DNA of 64,000 nucleotides from Saprolegnia diclina VS20. Taxonomy: Eukaryota. Below, in pieces: positions 50,686 to 62,823 of the stretch (position 1 is the first letter of the stretch; each line of letters begins with the position of its first letter). Below the pieces are notes generated by a model. That model had not been told where the DNA came from. It did not search any database and saw nothing but the letters and a program-made list of their open reading frames with translations. The position numbers and the translations under genes were made by a program. Location of the stretch: the NCBI RefSeq assembly GCF_000281045.1, contig NW_008246074.1, forward strand, positions 896,433-960,432, given 5' to 3'.

Positions 50686-52767
50686 ATGGCCCACGTGTAC
50701 GCCGCCTACCACCACCGCCACAGCAGCAAGCTCGACGACGCGCAGACGCACCCGACTGCATGCACGAGCAGCACGCGCAGCGAGGCGAGCGCGCCGGACC
50801 ACGACGCACTCGCCCACTGGAAAGACGCGATGACGAGCGACGAAGTGCGCACGGGCGGCTTTAGCTACAAGGACGCGCTCTTGCAAGCCAAGTGGCCGCC
50901 ACTGCCGGCCGACGATGCAAGCACCGACAGCGCGGACGAGAAGGCATCGACGCTCTCCCGTAGCAGCAGCTGCGACACGAGCACGACGATCAGCAACGGC
51001 TGCTGCAGCGACTCGGACACGCCGATCGGGCACGACAACAATGGCGCGTGCGTCGCGCCACCCCGCAAGCACAAGGAGAGAGCCACCGCCGCCATCATAA
51101 CTGCATCGCCGCCACCGTCACCAGCAACGACGACGACGACAACAACGCGGAGGCTCAAGGTCGCGGGCCCGCGCATTCACACGAGCATCATCCGCGGCGC
51201 GATCGCCCACGCCGCTTCGCAAGGCGTCTTGTCCAAGAGCACGAAGCGCGAGATGCGGCAGTCGATCTTGCGCGGCGAGACCAACTCAATCTTAGAAAAC
51301 CTCCGGCGCGAGTGCCATTTGCAGCCGATGGTGACGCCGTCGCCGTCCCCGCCGCCCACCGAGTACGAACTGCGCAACTCGAACGGACTACTCAAGTGCC
51401 TCAACACGCTCGGGCCGGTCCAGGACAGCGAGAGCTTGACAAGCAAGCACGTCGTGCTGCTCGAGATGGACCGCATCATCGATAAGTGGATGGCCGGGCG
51501 ACACGCGGCCCTGTACGTCGGCGGTAGCTGGTACCTCAAGGTCGACACGAAAGACTCGGACTTGGACATCGTCGTCGTCGTGCCCAATGCAGTGACGCTC
51601 CATGCGTTTTGCACCGAGCTGCCGACGGTCCTACACCAAACGAGCGGGATCGTCGACGTTGTCTGCATGGAAGACGCGTACGTGCCGACGATCACGTTCA
51701 AGTTCCATCGAGTCAAGGTCGACCTCCTCTTTGCGCGCTTCACGCAGCCGAGCGTGCCCAAGCATTTGCCGATCCACAGCGACCACATCCTCGCCAACAT
51801 GGACGTCAACTCGGTGCGGTCGCTCTCCGTACCGCGCACCGCGTCGCTCATCCTCGAGCTCGTACCGCACCCGGGCACGTTCCGCACGTGCCTCCGCGCC
51901 GTGCGTCTCTGGGCCAAACGACGCGGGCTCTACTCGAACAAGGTCGGCTTCCTCGGCGGCATCTCGTGGACAGTACTTGTCGCGTTCGTGTGCCAAATGT
52001 TCCCGAACGCAGTCGCCGCCTCCGTGTACCACCACTTTTTCTCGGTGCTCTCGTCGTGGAAGTGGCCGACACCGATCATGCTCGCGAAACCCTATGACGC
52101 AGGGTTAGGGTTTCCGCAGTGGAGTCCGACCGCCAACGTCCACGAGCGCGCGCATGCGATGCCGATCATTACGCCCGGGTACCCGGCCATGAACTCGGCC
52201 GCGAACGTGACGTACTCGACCTTGCGCGTACTCAAGGAAGAGTTTACGCGCGCAAAGTTGATTCTCGACGACATGCAGCTCAAGGCGCTCACGAGTCCGC
52301 TGGCGTGGACGCAGCTCTTTGCGCCGTCGGACTTTGCCGTGCGGTATGACCACTATGTGCAGCTGCGGCTCAAGGGCTCGTCCGGCTTCTTTGCCTACAG
52401 CAGCTTTGTGGCGTCGCGGCTCCGGCGACTCGTCGACATTCTGCAGCACACGGCGACGGTCCTCACCGTGCACCCGTTCCCGACGCTACTACAGCCGTCG
52501 TCGTCCGAGGGAAGCTACTTTGTGGGCTTTGAAATGGCCCACGACGCCAACAGTAGCGCGGCCTCGAGCCTCGTTGCACCCGTCATCAACTACTTTTTGG
52601 CCACCGAGATGCACCGGATGCCGTTCGACGGCGCGGTCGACATTGCGTACGTGCCGTGGTCGGCGCTCCCGGACGGGATCTTCCCGCACGGGAAGGACTG
52701 GGCGGCCGGCGACCGGGCCAAGTACATGCTCAGCCGCGCCCACAACCTGCACATGGCCGGGCACTAG
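50686..52767 (+). CDS. Canonical-family poly(A) polymerase, divergent, with long N-terminal extension
   Basis: GGSWYLKVDTKDSDLD (GS + DxD), AYVP.I, KVDLLFA, LWAKRRGLYSN..GFLGG.SW, W.WP.P and MPIITP.YP. Intronless. Confidence 0.92.
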   Translation: MAHVYAAYHHRHSSKLDDAQTHPTACTSSTRSEASAPDHDALAHWKDAMTSDEVRTGGFSYKDALLQAKWPPLPADDASTDSADEKASTLSRSSSCDTSTTISNGCCSDSDTPIGHDNNGACVAPPRKHKERATAAIITASPPPSPATTTTTTTRRLKVAGPRIHTSIIRGAIAHAASQGVLSKSTKREMRQSILRGETNSILENLRRECHLQPMVTPSPSPPPTEYELRNSNGLLKCLNTLGPVQDSESLTSKHVVLLEMDRIIDKWMAGRHAALYVGGSWYLKVDTKDSDLDIVVVVPNAVTLHAFCTELPTVLHQTSGIVDVVCMEDAYVPTITFKFHRVKVDLLFARFTQPSVPKHLPIHSDHILANMDVNSVRSLSVPRTASLILELVPHPGTFRTCLRAVRLWAKRRGLYSNKVGFLGGISWTVLVAFVCQMFPNAVAASVYHHFFSVLSSWKWPTPIMLAKPYDAGLGFPQWSPTANVHERAHAMPIITPGYPAMNSAANVTYSTLRVLKEEFTRAKLILDDMQLKALTSPLAWTQLFAPSDFAVRYDHYVQLRLKGSSGFFAYSSFVASRLRRLVDILQHTATVLTVHPFPTLLQPSSSEGSYFVGFEMAHDANSSAASSLVAPVINYFLATEMHRMPFDGAVDIAYVPWSALPDGIFPHGKDWAAGDRAKYMLSRAHNLHMAGH

Positions 52768-52806
52768 CCTCTGTTTTGATTCCACTAAATACACATATCC
52801 ATTGGG

Positions 52807-54534
52807 TTAGAGCTCGCTCAGCGGACGCTTCTTGGCGTTGAAGGACGACGCGTCGTCCTTCTCGTCGAGGTCGTCGAGGTCGTCGAGGCCCGTAAAGTCG
52901 GCAAAGTCGTCCATGTTGTTGCTCGTGTTCTCCTTGGCGCTGGGTTTCTTGTCGTCAAGAAGCTGCTTTGTAAACTGACCTCGGTCCGGCGCCTTGCCTT
53001 GCGCCGGCGGCCCTCGCGGCTGCTGCTGTGGCGGTTGCTGTTGCGGCGGCGGCTGCAACGACTGCTGCAACGACTGCTGTTGCTGCTGTTGTTGCTGGTG
53101 TTGTTGCTGGTGTTGGTGCTGTTGGTGCTGCTGCTGGTGCTGCTGTTGGTGCTGTTGTTGTTGCTGCGGCGGATGTTGTTGCTGCTGCTGCTGCTGCTGT
53201 GGCAGGCCCAGGGGCGGACCACTGGCCTGCGTCGGTGTGCCAGCTTTTTGCTGTGAGACTTCTTGGACCTTGCGGATGAGCGGCAGAATGCTCTCGCGAA
53301 TGAACGCCTCGACCGACATGATGACTGAGAAGTCGCGGGGTTGCGCCGCCGTCTCTTGGGTTTCGTTGAGGACGACCATGGCGTAATGGATGTTCTGCTT
53401 CATGCTCTCGGCCTTGGTGGACTGCATGCTCGCCGTTGACTGCGACGCCATGCAGAGGATCTGGTACGCCTTCTTGAGGTGGTTGCTATGCGCGTCCTTG
53501 AGCTCGGCGACCTTGGCCCAATACGCGGTTGCGTTCTGTGGCGGCGTCGGCGGCGGCCGGCGGTCGTAGTTCGTCGCCGTCGTTGGTGTGCTCTCGCCGT
53601 TCGTGGTGGGACTCGGGTGGTACGGTCGCTGCTGCGGCGGGTACGACGGCGGGTACATGGGGGCCGACTGCGGCGGCTGCAGCTGCTTCTTGTAGTGGCA
53701 CAGTTCTTGCTGCAAATCGTAAATCATCGTGCGCTGGCTCCACATGATGTCGACGAGCTTCTGGATCGGCTGGTACTGCATGCGCGCGCAAAACTCTTGG
53801 TACGAGAGCGTGTTAGGCGGGACGTACGTGCCGGACGATGTCGACCGGTAGTCCATCATGCCGCCGGGCGACGGGGCGCCGTACGGGGCGGGCGGGCGCT
53901 GGGGCTGCCCAACCGGCGTCGCGCCGCCCGAGCCCATCTCGCGGCCCTGCGGCGGCGTCCCGTACATCTGCTGGCTCACGTCGAGGCGCTTGATCTCGGC
54001 GGCCGCGACCTGCGCATACTCGTCGCGCGTCGGCGCGCGCTGAAAGATCTCGCGCTCGAGGTTCGCCGCCATGCGTTGCAACGTCGCGTCGTCCGCGTTG
54101 CTGCCGTGGAGCTGCTTGTAGCGCATGAACAGCGCGTGCATGATGCTGCGGCGCACGTTCGGATCCGGCGCGTTCGGGCCCATGGCGTGTGGCCCTGTCG
54201 GCGCCTGCGCAGGCGGCATGCCAGCGTACGCCGGGCGTTGCATGCTGACGTTGCCGGCCATGGGCGCGGGCGCGTTCGGTGGCGCGTTGGGCGCACCCGG
54301 CGCGGAGTAGGTAGGCGGCCCCGCACTCGGCTGCGGACTCGGCTTGGTGTTGAGGCCATTGGGCGGAATGCTCACGGGCGCCGGCGCTGCCTTTTTCTTG
54401 GCGCCGGCCGAGGTCGCGCGCGCGGCCTTCGGCGCCTTGGGCGTCGCCGCGCGGGGCGCACCCGTCTTGGCCTGCTTCTTGGGCGGACCCTCGGCCTTCA
54501 TCATGGTCGCGCTGCTGGGCACGGCGTCGGACAT
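52807..54534 (-). CDS. Pro/Gln-rich protein with a KIX-like domain (Mediator MED15-like)
   Basis: VRRSIMHALF...LQRMAANLEREIFQRAPTRDEY resembles a KIX/KIX_2 three-helix domain, and YWAKVAELK resembles the MED15 middle domain. Also polyQ and an acidic/NLS-like end. Confidence 0.65.
   Translation of the reverse strand: MSDAVPSSATMMKAEGPPKKQAKTGAPRAATPKAPKAARATSAGAKKKAAPAPVSIPPNGLNTKPSPQPSAGPPTYSAPGAPNAPPNAPAPMAGNVSMQRPAYAGMPPAQAPTGPHAMGPNAPDPNVRRSIMHALFMRYKQLHGSNADDATLQRMAANLEREIFQRAPTRDEYAQVAAAEIKRLDVSQQMYGTPPQGREMGSGGATPVGQPQRPPAPYGAPSPGGMMDYRSTSSGTYVPPNTLSYQEFCARMQYQPIQKLVDIMWSQRTMIYDLQQELCHYKKQLQPPQSAPMYPPSYPPQQRPYHPSPTTNGESTPTTATNYDRRPPPTPPQNATAYWAKVAELKDAHSNHLKKAYQILCMASQSTASMQSTKAESMKQNIHYAMVVLNETQETAAQPRDFSVIMSVEAFIRESILPLIRKVQEVSQQKAGTPTQASGPPLGLPQQQQQQQQHPPQQQQQHQQQHQQQHQQHQHQQQHQQQQQQQQSLQQSLQPPPQQQPPQQQPRGPPAQGKAPDRGQFTKQLLDDKKPSAKENTSNNMDDFADFTGLDDLDDLDEKDDASSFNAKKRPLSEL
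53020..53199 (-). repeat. CAG/CAA/CAC trinucleotide tract encoding polyQ/H
   Basis: tgc/tgt/tgg triplet repeats on the + strand, translating to QQQQQQQQHPPQQQQQHQQQH... on the minus strand. Confidence 0.9.
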
Positions 54535-55327
54535 GGTACACGGAGGTAGCGCCGCGGATTGCGCTCCAAATCGTCTAGTCACCCTCTCTCACGTGTTCAA
54601 CCCGCCGATGGACCTCTCAGAACTTATATTTTCAAATGGCTAACGCAGCAGCACGCGCCGAGATGCAACAACATGCGACGACGGCCATCGCCTCGACGTT
54701 GCCCGCGTACAACGTACACGACAACCACATCCAAGCGCTGGACCGGTGCTTCTGTCATGCTGGCGCTGTCGGTGGTGGCAGGAAACGCTCGAGACGAATC
54801 CATGGTCGCCGTCTGGCACGACCCGAGCCATCCTGGCCATCCATGCTGTTGGCTGCTGGACTGTTCCTGCACACGTGGCGCCTTGGTCACAATGTACCGT
54901 GCTTTCTTGGTGGTGCGCCATCGAGTACGCCTTCTGTGATGTCGATGGCGCACATCAACATAGTCCGCAGAAGGGCGGAAGGTCCAGCACCAGCATTTGC
55001 CGCACTGGCGCGCTAGCCACCTACGACCATGCGACCATGGGGTCTCCGTGTGGCCAGCAATGCTGTCATAGACCCGGAGAGCTCGTTCGTCCTTCGTTGC
55101 TCACTCTCAGCGGCTCGTCGTCGTCGACTGCAGGACGATCGCAAAGATCGCAGATATCACTTTCGTATTGACTAAGACACTGTATGTGTGTGAGAACCTG
55201 CGAGAATCGATACGACTGATGGTCCACAACGCTATCCGGACCCTTTGAGAACGCATACGAGGCGCCGGAACGTTCCAGCCAACCAACTTCGATCGCAAAC
55301 CTCCCAGATATAATATTTCCCGAGACT

Positions 55328-56363
55328 TTATAGTGCAGCCAGCCTACGCAAAAATGACGTGGCAAGATGGCAAGAAAGGTCCGACCTTGCGCGGTGGGCA
55401 GCCTGGAGCGTCTGGAGCTGCTGCACAAAGGCCGCATCGACGCTGTACGCGCGAAGTGCGGCCAACAAGAGAGCGCCGTCGCCAAGGTGTTTCGCTGCCT
55501 TGTGGTTGGCACGCGCATGGATCCTAGAATCATGTAGACCTCATAGACAGGTGGCAGATCGTTGTACGCCTTTGTCCACGCGCGCTTGTCGTCCGCCGAG
55601 TCGGCTTTGCCGAGCTTCTTTGCGTCGTTTGTTGCTTCTTCAATCGCTGCGGCGATCGTATCGAGGGTCTCGGCGACGAGCAGCAGCACTTGTTCTTTCG
55701 TCAGCGTCGGTGGCACGTCCACGGCTCTACACATCGCAATGGTTGACGGTTTGGATCCAGGAAGAAAGGACAGACGCATAGCTCGTAGCGCGGAGACGGT
55801 TCAGACATGCCATGACGTTGCTGTCGGCGCCAAAGGCGGCGATGGCGCGATCCACCTCGCTCGCCGCGCACGCGAACGAAGCAAACACGGTGGCCTTGGC
55901 CTCGTCGCGGGCGAGTGCGTATCGGGTCGTGATCGCCTCGAGTAGCTGCGCTTCCGTCAATGCGTTCTCATCGCGCAGCTCGTGCTCCCATGCGGTAACG
56001 CACGCCTAATGCTTGAGGTGTCGCAAGCGACCAGGGCCTGCACATGCGTACCTCGGTCGCCTCGTAGGCCGCGGCGAGGGCATCCAGCACCGCAAGCAGG
56101 CGGTCGAGATCCATCGGCTCGTTGTCTTTTGGCACCTCTTCGCATGGAATTGCGCTGTCCAAATCGCCGTGGGGTAGCGCCGTTGAGTACACCTTGGCCG
56201 CGCCCACGGCGGTGAGGCCTGCGCCAATGAGAAGGCCGGCGACGACGACGCTGCCAGTACGATGGGGTACGTCCATCGGCCGCGTCACCGTCCATTTTCC
56301 AGGGATAGCCGATGCGCCTGCCATGGCCCGGGCCAAGCGCCCGAGCATGCGTCGTGGTGCCAT
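55328..56363 (-). CDS. Hypothetical helical protein with presequence-like N-terminus and one TM helix, multi-exon
   Basis: MAPRRMLGRLARAM..., hydrophobic VVVAGLLIGAGLTAVGAA, and helical exons joined by GT-AG introns, ending ...RRLAAL*. Confidence 0.6.
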
Positions 56364-58337
56364 ACTGCTGGTGTGTGCTATCCGGATACCGTATCCGGAA
56401 ATCGATGGGCGTGGCGATCTTTCATGCGGTCCATCGCCGAGCTGCTTCGAGCCAGCCACAGCAGGCGACGAGATGCGCGCTGGGATCACCTCGAGTAGGA
56501 ACGAGAGGAGCTTCTCGAGCCACTGTGCGCGGTAGTCCGAACAAATAGTATTGTCACCCTCCTACTGCAGTTTAGGCTTATTATCGATCCGCAACCGTCG
56601 TCCGCCATCCAGTACAAGTACAAAGTTCATGTCCAGCCCGATGCGACAAGTAGAAAAGACTATAGAATCTATCTATTAATTGAATAACGACTTTTTTGCG
56701 CGAAGCGCGGCACGAGCGCAGCGGGCCCGTGCGTTAGCACGGTAGGGCAAAAGGAAGTCTCAACAAGGTGTTCCGGCGTGCGTCCGGAAGGGTCGAATTC
56801 GGTTAAGTACGAGTGGCAGGTCAATGTCGTGATTTTTGACTTGGTGTTTGTAACAACGTTACAAAGTGCGGAAGCGTACTTAACCGAACAGCGCGCAGCG
56901 CGCCACGAGCGAAGCGAGTCGACCCGGTAGCGACACGTGCATGTGCCATCGATGCGCGCAGCGCCAATCCAGAGTGTAGCGAGTGGATAGGGTATTGATG
57001 GGTCCTGCACGATAGCTGTACTACGCGTGGTGTTAGATCATTGTGTTCGATCGTGAAGATAGGATTGTATCTGTATGTTGCGTTTGCTTTGGAGGTTTCT
57101 ATCGCAATCCGCGCGTCAAGCACAGAATAGGAGACTCGGCCATGGAGAGGCCGAGCGTGTCGGGGCGCAGCGCGTGCGGTAGTCGCAGCAGCGCCATGCT
57201 GCGAGCGCAGCGGCAGTAGCGACTCCGATCGAGTTGGCCAAGGAGCTCAAGCGGAAGATCACCGCGAGGCAGAGGCGACGGCAGCGAACCAAGGCGTCGA
57301 CCGTGACCGCCACTGCACCTCCAGGCGAAGCGCTCGCGTGCAGTGGCCGCGCCCGTCACAGTAGAATCGCTGGGCCTGCAAATCCGAGAAGCGATTCTTT
57401 CAACCACCTCATGAACGTTATCCATCCTGCAATGTTGATCAAGCTGCTGTGGCCTCTATGCACGAAGCGTCTGCTATGCAGTACTGGACCCGAGTGCCGA
57501 AACGATGCGAAGGTTGAAGCGGCTAAGAAAGAGCCCTTCCCGGCGACGGCTCTAACAATAACAACCCACATCTAAGCGAGATCGGGACGATGCACCAACA
57601 TCACCAAACAATGGAAAATGAATTTGACGTTGATACCACTGGAGCCCTACAAAGAATCCACCAGGTGCACCGTAGCACAGCGGAGGTTGCACCGCAGTGT
57701 CGTTTCCGGGTGACGGCCGGTAGCGGCCCGCCTGGCACCGCAACGAAGCGGAGGTCGCATCCGTCGCACACGTCCGTCACACATTCGCCATGTGAATGCA
57801 TGTTTGCAGTAGGAAGGGTGCGTTGGACGTGCATAGTACAAGAGCCCGTGAGGGTGGAAGGCATTCACACTGTCCAAGCTACGACACAGACATACCGCTA
57901 GGTTGCACGTGGCCCCAAAACCAAATTGGAATCAAAAAGCTCGATGGCACTCTGTACAAACCTTCTACAGTGCAGTGGTTTGATTCGTGTAGAATCTACA
58001 CGAATCAAACCACTGCGCAGAAAAACCGCTGGATGGCCCACCGGCACTATGCCACCGCAACCAGAAAGACCAACCACACCCTGCCCCAAGAAAACCCGAG
58101 GTTTGGGGCAGGTACGTTGAAACTCAATGCACATGACCCCGTCCACCGACGAGTCCAAACTACGTCACACGTAGTACACGATCCCTCCGCTAGATTGCAC
58201 GCTACCCCAATGCAAAACCTCAACCAAAGAGCTCGACCAAAACCTGCCCCAAGAAAACACGAGGTTAACCCTAGTCTAGTGGTTAAATGGTTACTGTTTT
58301 AGAAAGTGCGGACGATGAAGCGGCCAACTTGCCTTGA

Positions 58338-61300
58338 CTAGAAAGCAATCTGCAGCGCCTGCAAGTCCTGCTGGATGCTCCACCACTCGTAGCGCACATG
58401 GAGGTCATGCACCGCCATCGCCTCGAGCTGCACCATGGGCTGCACGGGCGTCCGCAGCTCGAATTCGCCGCAGCGCAACACTGAGAGGTCGTGCGCCGGC
58501 TTGAGCTTGGCGTAAAACCGCTTGGCGTGCAAGACGATTTGCGTGCGCTGACTGGCGGCGTTGAGAACACAGGCGCGCCACGCGTCGATATGAAATTGCA
58601 TCTGTGGCGACGGTGCGTCAAAGAGGCCTGGCGTCGTGTTGCTAAAGAAGGCGAGCTCCGTGCCAAGCGCGACGACCGTCGCTTCATGGGTTGTCCGTGA
58701 CGGTCCCGACACCTAACCCTCGTCATGAGACACATTGCACCCGAGAAGACAACTACATGGAGCAGGTGCCACGCCACGTCGCCCGACGCATAGACTTCAA
58801 CTTGGGCCGTGCCGTCGTCGACCAGACACCGGGTGCTGCATAGTACGACGACATCACGCACCAGACTCGGGCACGGCGCCAAATCTTCTTGGGCGTGGCG
58901 CAACGACCCGTGGCTGTCCCGGACAACGACGCGGTGACACCGCGCGCATTGCAGCTTCAGCGTCGCATACGAGATGTGACAGACAGTCCCAATGTGCTCG
59001 TAGTAGCGTCGATCGGCGACAGCGACTTGGTAGAGCTCCAAGAGCAGCTTGCGCGGTACGGGCGGCGCGGACGGCACTTCGGTCGAATGCACTACTGCCA
59101 CACGCGTCGTGTGCAGCATGGCAAAGTACGGCTTGAACGAGAGCCGGCGAATGTGCATCTTGATGCGGGAAAACGTCACGACCGCGCCCGGGCACAGGCC
59201 GGACGGGTACGCGTGGCGCCCGACGTTCCACGTAATGTCGACCACGTCGCGCGACGTAAGGTCTTGCAAATGAACGCGGATGAGCGCATCGTCCTGGCCC
59301 CGAAGCACGTCCTTGTGGTACGTCATTTGCACCGAGACAACGCGTCCGAGCAGCGTCACAATCACGTCCTTGTGCGCGCTGGGCAGCGCGAGGTACTCGG
59401 TGATGGGCGCGTTGCTCGGCTGATGCACGAGCGGCACGACGCAGAACTCTTTGGGATACCGCGTCGGCTCGAACGACGCCAAGAGACCATAGAGGAGCTG
59501 GATCTCACGCCACTGTCGCGCGGGTAGCATCTTGGTGGCCACCGTGAGTGTCGAAGGAAGGGTATTCGCGTCCGACTTGGCCATATGTGCACCCTCAAGG
59601 CGAACGCCGTGGATCGCTGTGAATGGTGACGCGTGGTACGTCACGAGAGAGAGCACTTCATTCGGACGTTGAGCGAGGGCAGCCAGCACCGCGTCGACGG
59701 CCAGCGCGTCGTCGTCCGAGAGGCTCACCAAGTAGCTTGGTAGCTGCGCCACAACACGATGCAACTCGAGTGCACCCCGGGCCGCTGGGAGAGTGAACGC
59801 CACCTCGCGGCTTTTCGTGAGCGTCGCACGGTCCAGTTGCCACACGGCGCCCCGGGCACCGAGGTGCCACGGCAACTTTGGGACAAGGACGTCGACCATG
59901 CGCGGGTGTGACGGCGTCGAAACGTCGACTCCATGCACGAGGTGACCAGTGTCGTGGATGATTTGAACGTGCTCGACAAGCAGTAGCAGCGGTGACGGTA
60001 TCGGTGCGCTGGCGTCGTTGTCGTTGTCGTTGGGCGTCAATGGCAGTAGGTCCTCGACCGCGACCGCGAGATGGACGGCGTACGTCACGTCATCCCGGAC
60101 AAAGAGCCCGGGTGTCCCGACCCCGCCACCACCGACGCGGTGCACGCACAGTTGGTACTTGCGAAGTTGGTAGAGCGTCGCTATCGAGACATGCGTCGTC
60201 GGTGGAGAAGACTGCAAGAGCACGAGCGGGATCGATCCTGTGCGGTCGGCAAATGCACATGACGCCGTGGCTGCACACCCCGTGACGCACCCAAGTGCGA
60301 GGAACGGTGCCAGGACATCGTCGACGTCGGACGAGAGCACGTCGCGTTGGGCCGTCAGCGCCACCTCAACGAGGTCAGCGATGCTGATGGCGGTGCGCAG
60401 TGGTCGAGCAGGTGCACGGCTGCTGAAGCAATCTATCTCGTGCTGTAAAAAGGACGCGGCAAGCGTCGGGAGGGCTGCCGTCCATTCAATGCCTTGGCGC
60501 GCAGCAACGGCGCGCAAGAGCTCGCGCTTGCGCCACACGGCGGGGTCGCCTTTGGCCAACGCCAAGAGGTGCCACGCCGGCGGCAACAACACCTCGGACG
60601 CGGGCCGACGACCACCAAACTTGTCCAACAATTGTGTGAGGAGCTTGGTCAGTGCTGCGACCGTCGTCAGCGGCAGTTGGTGCAATGCGAGCGACGACTT
60701 TTTGAGGTATACGGTCGGCTGCAAGAGCCGCGTGGGCGCTGCCGAGACGCCATCGACGAGGAGCGTGCTCCTCGCGCAGAGACCGAGCGTTCCTGGTGCC
60801 GTCACGTGGGCATTGTACACGACAACGGTGGCCCCGACGCGAAGCGCGCACAGTGGTGGAAAGTGCATGCACTGGAGTGTGTATCGGTGGCTGAGCTCCA
60901 ACGTGTCGGGGCCGAGGTACCGCGTGATGACGCCGCGGACATGGCGACTGCTGCCGACGTCCGAGTCGAGAACGGTTGTGGCAACCTCGAGTGGCGGCAA
61001 CGACGTCGGGATCGGTGGCAGTCGCCACACAAAAGACGTCGGCGTCGTCTGCAGCATGTAGAGACCGTGCTCCTTGGCAAAAATCTTGATCGTGTCCGTG
61101 ATGACAAGGTCCATCCCGGGCACCAAGCACGGATGCACATGGACCGCGTCGCCCGTCACAAGCACCGATGCCGACTGCCGGGCACCGACGTGCGCACACT
61201 CGATCTCAGCGAAGAAGTACGACTTGAGGACGGGCGAAAACGCCTTGAGACGCCCACGAACCATGTACGAGCGCCCTTTAGCAGTGCCGACGTCGGACGT

Positions 61301-61950
61301 GGCGGCGAGCGCTGTCGCTAGCGGCGCAGGGCCGCCGTACGTTGGTGGCATCTGGCGCGGGTAGCACCGATGAAAGAGGTCGTCCCAGTCAAAGCGTGGC
61401 GACTGCCACGCCGGTGGCGCCTTGCGCGGCACGATCGTGTACGCGGTGACGTCGATGTGACCTTGCAGGCTTGTGTGGACATATGTCCACGCCGTGACCA
61501 GCACGCACTGCCCGAGCGCATTGGGATCGAGCGTGGCCAAAGTCACGCGCAGACGAGCGCTAGCGTCCTGGAGGCAGAGCTGGTTGTGGCGCGACTCGAG
61601 GTACCCAAGCAGGAAGGCGTTCCCGCTAACGTTGGGGGCCACCAGCACGTGGGCAGGTTCGCTCGCAAAGACGCACGTACAGCTTGCGAGCGTATCCGAT
61701 GAGCAGCACCCGCTCGTCAAGCGCCATCCCAAGGCAGGCATGCGGAGCTCCTTGGTCGCGACACGGGCCAGGTCGCTTAGCGGAACCATCTCGTAGCCGC
61801 TAGCATCAGCGTGGGCATCGGTGCATGCAAGCCAGATGTGTACCTATCGATGGCCTCCATGACGGTGCGAACTACGGCGTCCATGTCGACGTCGTCCGAC
61901 GGCGGCGAGGCCAGCAGCGCGGCCACGCGGGCGCGGGTGTCCTCGGCCAT
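58338..61950 (-). CDS. CTC1: CST complex subunit CTC1 homologue (multi-OB-fold)
   Basis: About 1200 aa with OB-like blocks LLGYL...L.LQD.S, LGCVT....FADRTGSIP, GLCPGAVVTF, CARC and CLVDDGTAQ.EV.ASGDVA, resembling CTC1. Short first and last introns. Confidence 0.7.
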
Positions 61951-62802
61951 GCCACCAGCAACGCACTTAACGTAGCTGTTCGGTTAAGGTGCGGAAAAAG
62001 CCCGGGAAGCTCAACACAACCGGAATCCGGATACAGTGGTCGTCATGACCTCGGTTCGAGCTCTCGCCACATTGCAGTCTGCGCTTGGCACTGCTGCGTA
62101 GCTGCTGCTACTGTCAGTCGTGACCTCACACGCTCAAGCTGGCCTTGATTGTTCGTAGCGGCCAACCGAGAGGCTCTGCTCAGCAATAGATCGTCGATGG
62201 CTCTTCTGCGTCAGACGATGGCTTCGACCCAGCTTCGACCGGCGCGCGATAACGTCGAGTTGGTCGAGTTGGCCTTGCATTACAGTGCATTGCAACAGCA
62301 AGCAGCTGGCGACAATGTCCACCGCGACGAGTGGCTCGGGTGTCGCGGTGACATAGACCAGGACCTCAACATATCTGCCAAATTGACGACGGCCGCTACG
62401 CTCGATCGCCAGCTGCGACTTGCTTGGGGTGCATCGTCGAGCGACTCGATGCACGACCCTTTGGGACGCGGTACTCTTGAACGGGGCGAACTCAGGTCCT
62501 GGTTCATACGGCAGCCCAAGCTGCGCCGCGTTCGGCGTGCCGTACTACCGACGATGCTGCAACGATCGTGGGTCGGCTGGTGGCTGCAAAAATACGTGGC
62601 AGCCGCACGTCCATGCAATGGCATCAGGATAGGCGCAGTCTGTTGCGTAGACACCTCTGTAACTGGATAAATGGCGCCCTTTCTGGCGGCAGAGGGCTGT
62701 ATCAACCTCTAAGAACGCATATTGCTAGGTGTAGGTGTCGAGATGGCCTTTTCATTGGTCCGTCCCTGTCTTTGCGGCGAGGGACGCCCAAGGTGGTGAT
62801 CG

Positions 62803-62818
62803 GCATTTGGCAATTTGC
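62803..62818 (+). promoter_or_regulatory. INR+FPR-like core promoter
   Basis: GCATTTGGCAATTTGC lies directly before the ATG at 62824. Confidence 0.45.
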
Positions 62819-62823
62819 AAAAG

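Noticed and set aside
54636..55016. 126-aa ORF divergent from the MED15-like gene
   Set aside because: Position is plausible, but there are no motifs and several equally weak overlapping frames.
56500..58300. 1.8-kb lower-GC gap with short ORFs as a mobile-element relic or ncRNA locus
   Set aside because: No RT, integrase or transposase motifs, terminal repeats or tRNA/snRNA signatures recognised. A decayed element cannot be excluded.
62134..62705. Overlapping ORFs between CTC1 and the FAD enzyme
   Set aside because: No motif or consistent splice model.
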